This document shows, in pieces, positions 1 through 14,347 of a DNA stretch of 64,000 nt (position 1 is its first letter; each line of letters opens with the position of its first letter). Both the position numbers and the translations under genes were made by a program. The DNA is taken from positions 49,042,001-49,106,000 of the forward strand of contig OX597833.1 of NCBI GenBank assembly GCA_951406725.2, read 5' to 3'. Source of the DNA: Octopus vulgaris. Its lineage: Eukaryota. Under the pieces are notes generated by a model. The model saw only the letters and a list, made by a program, of their open reading frames with translations. It did no database searches and had not been told where the DNA came from.

Positions 1-34
1 TATTCCTATACATATATATACCTATATATATACC

Positions 35-75
<41 letters not shown>

Positions 76-118
76 ATATACATATATGTATACATACCGA
101 TATATATACCTATGTATA

Positions 119-157
<39 letters not shown>

Positions 158-233
158 ATATACATATATGTATACTTATATATACCGATATATACATATA
201 TATATACCTATATATTTATATATGTATACTTAT

Positions 234-282
<49 letters not shown>

Positions 283-294
283 TATATACCTATA

Positions 295-355
<61 letters not shown>

Positions 356-393
356 GTACCTATATATTTATATATATATATACATACACACAC

Positions 394-433
<40 letters not shown>

Positions 434-1567
434 TTGTGTATTTGTTTGTGGTGTTGTTAGCTAACTCCTCCTATATCGTTTTATTGATTTTGATAATATT
501 TGACACCTGCATAGAACTCATGTCTAGAAACATTTTGACATACTTAGATTGTTGAAATAATTGATAATACAACCCCTGAAAGGGACTTTATATCTACCTC
601 ATGTAACTAATTTGGCTTTGAAACACCCAAGGAAAATAACCCATATCACCTGTACAATATCTTTTTTTTAAAGACTCAAGCGAAATAACCCATTTCATTG
701 TTTGTTTATGCTCGATTACTTTGTATATTGATTTTCTGTGTGTCCTATTTCTAATTTCTGCAGACAACATGACTTTTATACTTTATTTGACACATGAGTA
801 GAACTCATGTCTGGAGACTTCATGACATACATAGATTGTCAGAAAAATCGATAACAGGGATCTTCCAATGGATCCTTCTATCTACTACATATTACTAATA
901 TTCTAGTTAAACATCCCAAGGGAAATAATCCATACTACCTGCAGATTTTAGCTAAGCGATCAATATTTGATTCTCACAATCAGCCGACCTAATTCTGCAT
1001 TTCCCTACTCACAGTTTTGAATTCCTAAATATTATTATTGCAATTCCTTCATTAAAATCTTAAACATTACCAACATTATTCATACATTTCTATATATACA
1101 TACTTTTTTGAATGCCCATTACTCTGATAATTCGGCACTTTTACAGTTACAATTTTCCCATGACAGCAGATAAACTTTTTATTCCACAACGCATTTCTAG
1201 TCACTTCATGCAGGCATAGCATGGATTCGATCCCCAATTGCCAAATTTCACTTAACACTTCAACGGCGCTTATCTCAGGATAAAACAATAGTTCTCTTGT
1301 AAATGACAGCAGCTATGCATTTCCCAGATGCCTTTGCCTCTCACCAAACTCCGATAACCTCTCTTGCCAACCTACAACAATCTCTCCCACTTCCAGCTGA
1401 CGGGATTTTATACTTTTTGGTGACGGAAAATACATGTTTTAGGCAGTGGTAACGAAATTGCTTTCTTATTTCAGAGTAATAAAGCATTTCAATAAAGCAT
1501 TTTCCCCGCAGGAATTATTGATAGATCAGCTAGTAAATATATATATATATGTATGTATACACAGGTA

Positions 1568-1606
<39 letters not shown>

Positions 1607-2085
1607 TTATAAATATAAATATTTATATATATAAATATTTATATTTATAAATACATATATATATATATATACAGGTATATAGACACATACATATATATAT
1701 ACATACATACCTATATATATATAAATATATATATATAGGTATGTATGTATATATATACATACATACATACACATACATATATATATATATATATATACAT
1801 ACATACATGTACACACATATATATATACATATATAAACATATATATATATATGTACACATATACATATATGTATATATAGGTATATATATATATGCATAT
1901 ATATATATATATATATACATACATATATATAAACAAATGGAGTTAAACACGGGTGTTATTCAAATTCTTTTACTTCTGACACATGTTTCAAAGATATCAC
2001 TAGTATTATTCCTTTGGAATAATACCAGTAATATAACAAGGGAAAAATACACACACCTATTTATATATATATATACATACATACA

Positions 2086-2153
<68 letters not shown>

Positions 2154-2216
2154 CATACATATATATACATACATACATACATATATATATATATATGTAT
2201 ATATATATGTACATAC

Positions 2217-2274
<58 letters not shown>

Positions 2275-2459
2275 GTATAAAAAATATATATGAAAATACA
2301 AAATGGGACAAGAACGCAAAACACTCAAATAGACGACACAAAAAACGGACGGGTCATTCGAAGCCTCTAATCTTCAGTCAAGAACCGGATCATCCTCACA
2401 ATTTTGGCTGAATACATATATATGTATATATACATACATATATATATATATAGAGAGAG

Positions 2460-2508
<49 letters not shown>

Positions 2509-2514
2509 CATATA

Positions 2515-4014
2515 TCATCATCATCATTTAACGCCCGTTTTCCATGCTGGCATGGGTTGGACAGTTCAACTAGGGTATGGGAAGCCAGAAGGCTGCACCA
2601 GGCCCTGTCTGATCTGGCAGTGTTTCTACAGCTGGATGCCCTTCCAAACGCCAACCACTCTGTGAGTGTAGTGGGTGCTTTTTACGTGCCAGACGAGGCT
2701 GGCAAACGGGCACGATCGGATGGTGCTTTTATGTGCCATCGGCACGGGGACCAAGCGAAGCTGGCAACGGCCACGATCAGATGGTGCTTTTTACTTGCCA
2801 CGGCACAGAGGCCAGTTGGGCGGCGCTGGCTACGGCCACATTCGGATGATTCTCTTATGTGCCACCGGCACTGGTATCACAGCTACAAATTCCATCGATG
2901 TTGATAGATTATGATTTTGATTTTCACTTGCCTCAAGTGGAGTTTTGTGTCCCAAGAAGGAAAGGAATACATAAGTGGGCTGGCTACATCCCCAGTGTAG
3001 GCCACGGGATTATGGCCTCACTTGTCCTGCCGGGTCTTCTCACGCACAGCATACTTCCATAGGTCTCGGTCTCTAGTCATTTCCTCGGTGAGACCTAAAG
3101 TTTCAAGGTCGTGCTTCACCACCTCGTCCCAGGTTTTCCTGGGTCTACCTCCTCCACAGGTTCCCTTAACTGCTAGGGTGTGGCACTTTTTCACACAACT
3201 ATCTTCATCCATTCTCGCCACATGACCATACCAGCGCAAACGTCTCTCTTGCACACCACAACTGATGCTTCTTAGGTCCAACTTTTCTCTCAAATTACTT
3301 ACACTCTGTCGAGTATGAACACTGACATTACACATCCATCGGAGCATACTGGCTTAATTTCTTGCAAGCTTACGCATATCCTCAGCAGTCACGGCCCATG
3401 TTTCACTGTCATGTAGCATAGCTGTTCGTACACTTGTGTCATGCAATCTGCCTTTTACTCTGAGCGAGAGGTATTTTGTCACCAGCAGAGGTAAGAGCTC
3501 TCTGAACTTTGCCCAGGCTATTCTTACTCTAGCAGTTACACTTTCAGCGCACCCGCCCCCGCTGCTGACTAGGTCACCTAGGTAACGGAAGCTATCAACT
3601 ATTTCTAGTTTTTCTCCCTGGAATGTGGCGGAAGATGGTCTCTGCGTATTTTCAGTGTTTATTACTACCGAGCATCTGCCACATACAAAAACTATTTTCC
3701 TAGTTAGCCTTCCTTTGACATTGCTGAACCTGTTATGTGTCCATAGCTTACACTTGGTGCAGGGCCATCTACCTGAGGGTGTTTGTGATTTGTCTACCTT
3801 CCTACTTATTAGAACTTTGGTTTTAGCTAGGTTGACTTGTAGGCCCTTCGATTCTAATCCTTGCTTCCACACCTGAAACCTCTCCTCCAGTTCTGATAGT
3901 GACTCAGCAATTAGGGCAAGGTCATCAGCATAGAGGAGCTCCCAGGGGCAACCTGTCTTGAATTCCTCCGTTATTGCTTGGAGGACTATGATAAATAGGA
4001 GGGGGCTGAGGACT
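2515..4014 (-). mobile_element. 5'-truncated RTE-clade LINE (RT C-terminal region, 3' UTR, (GAT)n tail), frameshifted
   Basis: - strand reads VLSPLLFIIVLQAITEEFKTGCPWELLYADDLAL, then FRYLG...RIAWAKFRELLPLL and [12 protein letters not shown]...GRPRKTW. This is followed by a 3' UTR with ~60-bp GTGGCACGTAAAAAGCACC repeats and a (GAT)n tail at 2515-2526. Confidence 0.93.
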
Positions 4015-4039
4015 ATATATATATATATATATATATATA

Positions 4040-5251
4040 TCAGGTCATCCCATAAGTTCTGTCTGAATTCAACTTTTAAAAAATTTAATGAAATTTCATA
4101 TTAATTTAGAATCTCTAATGGAATTGAAAATTATTGTTTTGCATTTGTGTACATTTAAACAAATTAAATATTATTTTGCAGACTAATAGAATCAAAATTT
4201 CATTGATTAAAACCATTCTAACATGGAAGTATCCAAAGAACATTTAAGGCACATAATGCTTTATGAGTAGAAAAAAATAAACTCTGCTGCCGAAGCGACT
4301 CGAAACATACACTCCCTTTATGGGAAAGAATGCTTGAATGAAAGAACTTGCAGAAGATGTTTTGCAAATTTCAGAAGTGGTGATTTCAGCCTTGAAGATG
4401 ATCATACAGGACCTCCAGTTGAGTTTGATGATAAGTCCTTGAGGCATTACTTGAAGAAAATCCTGCATTATAAGTTGAAGAATTGGCAATAAAGCTTAGT
4501 TCAAAGCATACAACTGTTCATCATCATCTTCAATAACTTGGAAAGGCTCCTAAACTTGGAAAATGGGTACCTCATGAATTGTCTGAAAGCAACTGCAAAT
4601 CCCGTGTTGACATCTGCTCTTCTCTCCATTCTTGCAAACTCATTTCACCTGTTTTGGATAGACTTGTGACTGGTAATGAAAAATGGATCTTCTATCGAAA
4701 TGTTAAACGTCGTAAACAGTGGCTTGGTAAAAGGGAAAAAGCTGAACCATAACCGAGAACGGAACTTCATGGAAAAAAGGTTCTACTCTCTATCTGGTGG
4801 GATTGCAAAGGAGTAATTCACTTTGAATTGTTACCACCTAATGCAACAATCAATGCTCAAGTCTACTGTCAGCAATTAGAGCATTTGAATCAAGTAGTGA
4901 ATCGAAAATCATATCACAGAAGATCGAAGAGATTGGTTGGGAAAAAATTCCTCATCCACCTTATTCTCCCGACCTTGCTCCTTCAGACTACCATTTGTTT
5001 CGTAGTTTACAGAGTCATTTGGGAGACATAACTTTCGCAAGCCAGGAGGAGGTCGAAACTGACATTTCAGAGTTATCGCTTTGAAACCAAAAGAGTTTTA
5101 CATTGATGGGATTAAAAAGCTTGTAAATAGATGGAAGGAAGTCATAGATAATCTGGGAAAGTACATTGATGATTAAATTTCAATTAAATATAACATTTGA
5201 TCACTTGTTTTCTTTATTCAAAATTTGGACAGAATTTATGCGATGACCTGA
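4040..5251 (+). mobile_element. Defective mariner transposon with TIRs in a (TA)n target
   Basis: TIRs TCAGGTCATCCCATAAGTTCTGTC / GACAGAATTTATGCGATGACCTGA. Transposase motifs WVPHELS, VTGNEKWIFY, IWWDCKGVIHFELLP and PHPPYSPDLAPSDYHLF. Stops, frameshifts and loss of the HDNA segment. Confidence 0.93.
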
Positions 5252-5252
5252 G

Positions 5253-5283
<31 letters not shown>

Positions 5284-5313
5284 TATTATATCACCTATTG
5301 ATTTATATATATA

Positions 5314-5872
5314 TAATGCAAATAAGAAAATGGAGAAACAAATTCATCTCGTTCATTAACTTATGGATATTATAATTTTACATTATTAATTAATTATACA
5401 AATGAGAACATCAAATTCAGACAAAAGATTCTATAAATCAATAGGTAATATAATAATAAAAATAATACAAATGCATATTTTAAAAGTCATATTATAAATT
5501 TTGAAATTCATAAACTGCTTCTTACACCTGTTTCAGCCTATGGTCAAAAGTCAATCCAACTTATATTGCCTATAGATGTCAGTATATTATGGTTGTAAAT
5601 ATACTGACATCTATAGGCAATATAAGTTGGATTGACTTTTGACCATAGGCTGAAACAGGTGTAAGAAGCAGTTTATGAATTCAATAATTTATAATATGAC
5701 TTTTAAAATATGTATTTGTATTGTTTTTATTATTATATTACCTATTGATTTATATAATGTTTTGTTTGCTTTTGAGGTTCTCATTTGTATAATTAATAAA
5801 TAATGTAAAATTGTAATATCCATATGTTAATGAACGAGATGAATTTGTTTCTCCATTTTCTTATTTGTATTA
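5314..5872. repeat. Long imperfect inverted repeat (~275-bp arms, centre ~5593)
   Basis: Left arm TAATGCAAATAAGAAAATGGAG...GATGTCAGTATATT is mirrored by AATATACTGACATC...CTCCATTTTCTTATTTGTATTA. Confidence 0.92.
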
Positions 5873-6419
5873 GAAATTTACGGTAAAAATATTTTTTACC
5901 TTCACCGATTTAATACAATAAATGAATTAATTGCGTTGCAATTAAAAGCATTTATGTATTAAGAATTTGGGTACTTTACCAACAGTATATTGGATAATTG
6001 ATATCCAATAGTGGGTTACATTCATACCTTATGGCTTAGCAACCCCTACCGTTTGTTTGTGCTGTTTTATTCTTACTGTCCTGTTTTTGTTACCACTCTA
6101 ACCCTCCACAAATCCCAAATTTTATTTAATTTTCTTTGCAGGAATGACTGTTTTAACAAAGTTGTGTCATGTCCCAAAGCTCAAAACGTGGAGTAGATAA
6201 AACAGAGGACAACTGATGAAGGGATGTTCTTTATGTTGCCTGTTTCGCTTCTCTATTTGTTTTTTTCGTTGTTCGAAAAAAGTTCATTTTCCATGTTTTT
6301 GTATTTTTACATCTTTGTTTTCATTTTGTTCACATTTTTGATGTTCTGTATGCATACATGCATGTATATATACATATATATATATATGGTTATATATATA
6401 TACATGTATATATATATAT

Positions 6420-6724
6420 CACGTGATCACGTGACCGACAAGACCATCAGATGTTGTTACACATCGCTGGTCACAATGCGTTCGCATTGTTTTAGCCTTC
6501 AAATGACGCCACCCCGCTGGTTAAGCGAGCAGGTCAACAGAAGAAAGAGTGGGAGAAAGAGTGGTGAAAGAGTACAGCAGGGATCACCACACCCTGCCGG
6601 AGCCTCATGGAGCTTCTAGGTGTTTTCATTCAATAAACACTCACAACGCACGGTCTGGGAATCGAAACCGCGATCCTGCGACCGCGAGTCCGCTGCCATA
6701 ACCACTAGGCCATTGCACCTCCAC
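6420..6724 (-). mobile_element. tRNA-derived SINE family D in (TA)n
   Basis: - strand head GTGGAGGTGCAATGGCCTAGTGGTTATGGCAGCGGACTCGCG...GGTTTCGATTCCC (A/B boxes). Head duplicated at 6793-6913; related copies at 8926-9206(+) and 9565-9832(-). Confidence 0.8.
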
Positions 6725-6725
6725 G

Positions 6726-6758
<33 letters not shown>

Positions 6759-6914
6759 GTACGTATATATACATATATATATATATATATATCTCATGGA
6801 GCTTCTAGGTGTTTTCATTCAATAAACACTCACAACGCACGGTCTGGGAATCGAAACCGCGATCCTGCGACCGCGAGTCCGCTGCCATAACCACTAGGCC
6901 ATTGCACCTCCACG

Positions 6915-6945
<31 letters not shown>

Positions 6946-6950
6946 GTACG

Positions 6951-6991
<41 letters not shown>

Positions 6992-7078
6992 GTATATATA
7001 CATACATATATATGTCCAACCCATGCTAGCATGGAGAACGGACGTTAAACGACGATGATGATATATATATATATATAA

Positions 7079-7111
<33 letters not shown>

Positions 7112-7189
7112 ACAAAGTGGAGTTGTAGGGTACCGCACGAGTGGAATTATATACGAAAGGTTTGAAAATGCAATTTAAAAGATGTTTAT

Positions 7190-7323
7190 TTACTTTACCG
7201 GTTTCACTCTTTGGAAAAAGATTGTCAAAAGTAACATGTAGAAGTTTGGTTGCGTTAATGCAACCAGTCTTCTACATGTTACTTTTGACAATCTTTTTCC
7301 AAAGAGTGAAACCGGTAAAGTAA
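7190..7323. ncRNA. Inverted pair of minimal hammerhead-like motifs, U3:A8 core (+ 7279-7323; - 7190-7234)
   Basis: TTACTT | TTGACAA | TCTTT-TTCC-AAAGA GT | GAA A-CCGG-T A | AAGTAA, within a ~100-bp-arm palindrome at 7157-7356. Confidence 0.6.
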
Positions 7324-7549
7324 ATAAACATCTTTTAAATTGCATTTTCAAACCTTCTTTTGGAGGTGCAGATGAGGGCAGCTGCATCGAACTCTCTCAT
7401 GCACCAAATGGCAGTTGCTGAAAAGCTTTCATGAAGTAAAACCATGTAGCAACACCAAATGGCGGTGCCCCAGCATGGCCACAGCTCATGAGCTGAAACT
7501 AGAATCAATCAATCAATCAATCAATCAATCAACCAATATATACATAGCA

Positions 7550-7596
7550 AAAACTGTCCGATGAACGGCAACGGGAAACGCAGAGTAACAGGTTTT
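7550..7596 (+). ncRNA. Type I hammerhead-like motif, CCGAUGA core
   Basis: AAAACTGT | CCGATGA | ACG-GCAA-CGG | GAA AC-GCAGA-GT A | ACAGGTTTT; a second, degenerate family member lies at 37128-37173. Confidence 0.65.
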
Positions 7597-7694
7597 GTTG
7601 AATTTTCTGCTGCTTTAAGTAAAGCATATTACTCTACCACTGGTATTTGAGTACTCTTATTTCCACCTTGTTTCACCATTTATGTGTTTACTCT

Positions 7695-7749
<55 letters not shown>

Positions 7750-7875
7750 GTATATATATATATGTATATATATGTATATATATATATATATGTATATATA
7801 TGTGTATATATATATGTGCATATATATATATGTATATATATATATGTGTGTATATATATATATATGTATATATAT

Positions 7876-8610
7876 GTGAGAGAAAAGCTGGACCTAAGAA
7901 GCATCAGTTGTGGTGTGCAAGAGAGACGTTTGCGCTGGTATGGTCATGTGGTGAGAATGGATGAAGATAGTTGTGTGAAAAAGTGCCATACCCTAGCAGT
8001 TGAGGAAACCTGTGGAAGAGGCAGACCCAGGAAAACCTGGGACGAGGTGGTGAAGCACGACCTTCGAACTTTAAGTCTCACTGAGGAAATGACTAGGGAC
8101 AGAGACCTTAGGAAGTGTGCTGTGCGTGAGAAGACCCGGCAGGACAAGTGAGACCATAACCCAGGATGTGCCAATTCACTTATGCATACCTTTCCTTCTG
8201 GGGACACAAAACTCTACTTGTGAAGACCTGTTGAGGCAAGTGAAAATCGAAATCGATCAACATCAATGGAAATTGCAGCTGTGATACCAGTGCCGGTGGC
8301 ATGTAAGAGAACCATCCGAACGTGGCCGTTGCCAGCGCTGCCCCAACTGGCCTTGTGCCGGTGGCACGTAAAAAGCACCATCCAATCGTGGCCGTTTGCC
8401 AGCCTCGTCTGGCACCTGTGCCGGTGGCACGTTAAAAGCACCCACTACACTCATGGAGTGGTTGGCGTTAGGAAGGGCATCCAGCCGTAGAAACATTGCC
8501 AGATCAGACAGGGCCTGGTGCAGCCTTCTGGCTTCCCAGATCCCAGTTGAACCGTCCAACCCATGCTAGCATGGAAAGCGGACGCTAAATGATGATGATG
8601 ATGATGATGA

Positions 8611-8614
<4 letters not shown>
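7876..8614 (+). mobile_element. RTE LINE 3' fragment (same family as 2515-4014)
   Basis: [35 protein letters not shown]...GRGRPRKTW...REKTRQDK*, followed by the same 3' UTR and (GAT)n tail. Confidence 0.92.
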
Positions 8615-8692
<78 letters not shown>

Positions 8693-8865
8693 CCGTAAAT
8701 ATGTATTGTCTCCCTGGTTTATTGTGCTAGGTCGCTTAGTGTTAAAATAAGGGTATTATTAAATTAATATCTAATTTTTTCACCCTCATTTTTTAATGTA
8801 TATATGTATATATACATATATGTATATACAAATGTATATATATGTGTATATATATGTATATATAA

Positions 8866-8925
<60 letters not shown>

Positions 8926-9260
8926 GCGGAGGCACATAGCCCAGTGGTTAGGGCAGCAGACTCGCAGTTGAGAGATCATGGGTTCGAATCTCAGACTGAG
9001 CGAAACACCTAAGCTCCATGCAGCTCCGGCTGGAGGTAATGGTGAACTTCTGCTGACTCTTTCACCCAACTTACTCTCATTCTTTCCTCCTGTATCTTGC
9101 AGCCCACCTGTGCCGGACTGGCGTCCCATCCAGGCGGGGAACCTATACACCAAGGAAACTGGGAAAAGCCCTAATGAGCCAAGTGTGGCTCGAGAAGTAA
9201 CAAACAATATATGTATATAGGTATATATGTATACATATATATATATATAGGTATATATGT

Positions 9261-9540
<280 letters not shown>

Positions 9541-9841
9541 GTATACATATATATATTTTTTCCTTCCGACCAGTCCATCAGATGTAGTTACACATCACTG
9601 GTCACAATGCGTTCGCATTGTTTTAGTCGTCGAATGACGCCACCCCGCTGGCTAAGCGAGCAGGCCAACAGAAGAAAGAGTGGTGAAAGAGTACAGCAGG
9701 GATCACCACCCCCTGCCGGAGCATCGTGGAGCTTTTAGGTGTTTTCGCTCAATAAACACTCACAACGTCTGGTCTGGGAATTGAAACCGCGATGCTGCGA
9801 CCGCGACTCCGCTGCCCTAACCACTGGGCCATATGTCACGT

Positions 9842-9997
<156 letters not shown>

Positions 9998-10116
9998 GCA
10001 GCATGGAAGGTGTTTGTAAGCCATTTAAGAAACATAAAAGCCGTTCAATTCACTTCAACATTTAAATTTAATTTGTCAAAATATTTTCGTCGCTAAAATC
10101 CGCGACCTGTTCACTG

Positions 10117-10166
10117 TTTGTCAGTGAACAGGTCGCGGATTTTAGCGATGAAAATATTTTGACAAA
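10117..10166 (+). ncRNA. Minimal type I hammerhead-like motif, G3:C8 core, in a palindromic element (9994-10244)
   Basis: TTTGTCA | GTGAACA | G GTCGC-GGATTTTA-GCGAT | GAA A-ATAT-T T | TGACAAA; mirror copy on the - strand at ~10072-10116. Confidence 0.62.
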
Positions 10167-10499
10167 TTAAACTTAAATGTTGAAGTGAATTGAACGGCTT
10201 TTGTGTTTCTTAAATGGCTTACAAACACCTTTCACGCTGCAATTGTTTTTGTTTCAGCACACGATCTCAGATCAAATCACTTGCTATGTGAGTACATCTC
10301 CGTAATATATATATATATATATATATATATAGATAGATATATATCTATATATATACATGTATATATACATAGGTATATATATATATGTGTACATATATAG
10401 GTATATATATATATTGTTTTATTCTTTTACTTGTTTCAGTCATGTGACTGCGACCATGGTGGAGCACCGTCATTTGGTGTTGCTTCACAATTCCCCTTC

Positions 10500-11120
10500 A
10501 CTAATTCTTTTAGAAATTGACATTTGGTGCATGAGGGAGTTTGATGCCGCTGCTCCCATCTGCACATGAGGGAGTTTGATGCCGCTGCTCCCATCTGCAC
10601 ATGAGGGAGTTTGATGCCGCTGCTCCCATCTGCACATGAGGGAGTTTGATGCCGCTGCTCCCATCTGCACATGAGGGAGTTTGATGCCGCTGCTCCCATC
10701 TGCACCTTCTGCAATGGGTTCATCTGGGACATTTGACAGTAAGAGGACCAATTTCATTTTGAAATCACCTACATCTACCCCATGCAGGTTTCTCAGTTCC
10801 TTGATGAGGATATTGAAGAGCTGTGGTCCCCTGAAGCCCAGGCTGTTGCAGCATCTTGTCCTATATCTTGATGGCAAATTTGGAGTCCTTGACAATATGC
10901 AGTGGCGCCCTGTTTTAGTATATGCGTAACTCTCGATGCCAAAGTTTGGGAAGAGTCCCACCATGATCTTCCAGATGTATATTATGGCATATCTTTCTTG
11001 CTTACGCTCTAATGAACAGTCTTAACCTCTTGAGACTTTCCTAGTAACTTATAGAGCTGCATAGAGCCTATCTTCTTCATGTACCTTTGTTGGATTCCTT
11101 CAAGTTCTGTAATTAATTTA
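10500..11120 (-). mobile_element. 3' end of a CR1/Jockey-group LINE, frameshifted
   Basis: ELEGIQQRYMKKI, then GRHC...NSLGFRGPQLFNIL..ELRNL..VDV.DFKMKL.LLLSNVPDEP...AAASNSL, a characteristic LINE ORF2 C-terminus. Confidence 0.75.
10530..10705. repeat. Minisatellite, 5 x 35 bp, at the end of the LINE ORF
   Basis: Unit TGCACATGAGGGAGTTTGATGCCGCTGCTCCCATC. Confidence 0.95.
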
Positions 11121-11369
11121 CCTAAGTTACCTAAATAAATGAAGCTAGTTAGCTGTTGAATATTTGAATAAGATATTATGGTTTGTATTGGCATTGGAAT
11201 AAGATTTGGATGTATTATGTTTTAGCAAATCTATGTGTGTGTATACACAGATGCACACACACACACACATTTACATATATACATATACACACACACACAT
11301 TTACATATATACACATATACACACACATATATAAATATCTGTCAGAGAGAAGTGAAAGAAAACTTAAGA

Positions 11370-11690
<321 letters not shown>

Positions 11691-12060
11691 GAGTGAAGCA
11701 GGGGTGCACAATAAACACATGATGCTGGCAGAAAAGCTTCCAAAACAAAGAACTCTGTGTTGACAGATGAAGAGGGAGAGAGGAAAATCAATTTGTGATT
11801 GAACTTAAAACATAGCAGCAGCTATTACAAAAAGCAATAATAATAATAATATTAATAATAGTAATAGTAATAATAGTAAGGAAAAACCCAAGCTACATGC
11901 AAAAGATAGACATTCAAAGTAAGTTACCTAAATAAATGAAGCTAGTTAACTGTTGAATATTTTAATAAGATACTCTGGTTTGTGTGGGCATTGGAATAAG
12001 ATTCACATGAATAATGGTTTAGCAAAATCTTCCCCTATGTGTGTGTATACACAGACACAT

Positions 12061-12107
<47 letters not shown>

Positions 12108-12144
12108 TATATACCCATATACATACATATACATACACATACAC

Positions 12145-12177
<33 letters not shown>

Positions 12178-12270
12178 CATATATACACATATATATATAC
12201 ATATTTACACACACAAATATATACATATTTACAGACACATATATATACATACATACACATATATATATAC

Positions 12271-12313
<43 letters not shown>

Positions 12314-12417
12314 TATATACATATATATATATATATACATATATTCATATATACATATATATATATATATATACATATATATAATCATATATATATATAT
12401 AATCATATATATATATA

Positions 12418-12461
<44 letters not shown>

Positions 12462-12669
12462 TATATATATATATATCATCATCATCATCATCATCATTTA
12501 GCGTCCGCTTTCCATGGTAGCATGGGTTGGACGGGTCAACTGGGGTCTGTGAAGCTGGAAGGCTTCGTCAGGCCCAGTCAGATCTGGCAGTATTTCTACA
12601 GCTTGATGCCCTTCCTAACGCCAACCACTCCGCGAGTGTAGTGGGTGTTTTTTACGTGCCACCTGCAGA

Positions 12670-14090
<1,421 letters not shown>

Positions 14091-14294
14091 ATGTAGTAAA
14101 CCTAGACTGCTTGAACACGTATCATAATTATGAAGTTAAATAACCCCAATAAAAATGTTTTAAATTCCTGCTAAGCCAAGAAGAAGAATAGATATATTTT
14201 GGTTCATCTTTTATCCCATACCAGCTAATTATTTATTCCTTCTAAAATAGTTGTTTGATTAATCATTCATTTACTCTTCACTAATGCTGATTAC

Positions 14295-14347
14295 ATTTTT
14301 AGTGAAGGCATGTATGTCGTTAGCAACCTCATATTCATCTTCCACAC
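14295..14347 (-). other. Candidate 53-nt internal exon
   Basis: - strand ttttattcag|GTGTGGAAGATGAATATGAGG...CTAAAAAT|gtaatc. Open in two frames (VEDEYEVANDIHAFTKN or VWKMNMRLLTTYMPSLK). Product not recognised. Confidence 0.25.

Noticed and set aside
499-656. WSC-domain-like words LGCFK and FYAGV on the - strand
   Set aside because: They lie in different frames with stops, and the cysteine spacing is not preserved
6130-6340. AACTGATGAAGGG motif in a TA-flanked element
   Set aside because: No downstream stem II closure or GAAA
6650-6724. tRNA-like sequences at SINE heads
   Set aside because: A/B boxes are present but there is no complete cloverleaf, and each continues into a SINE body; counted as SINEs
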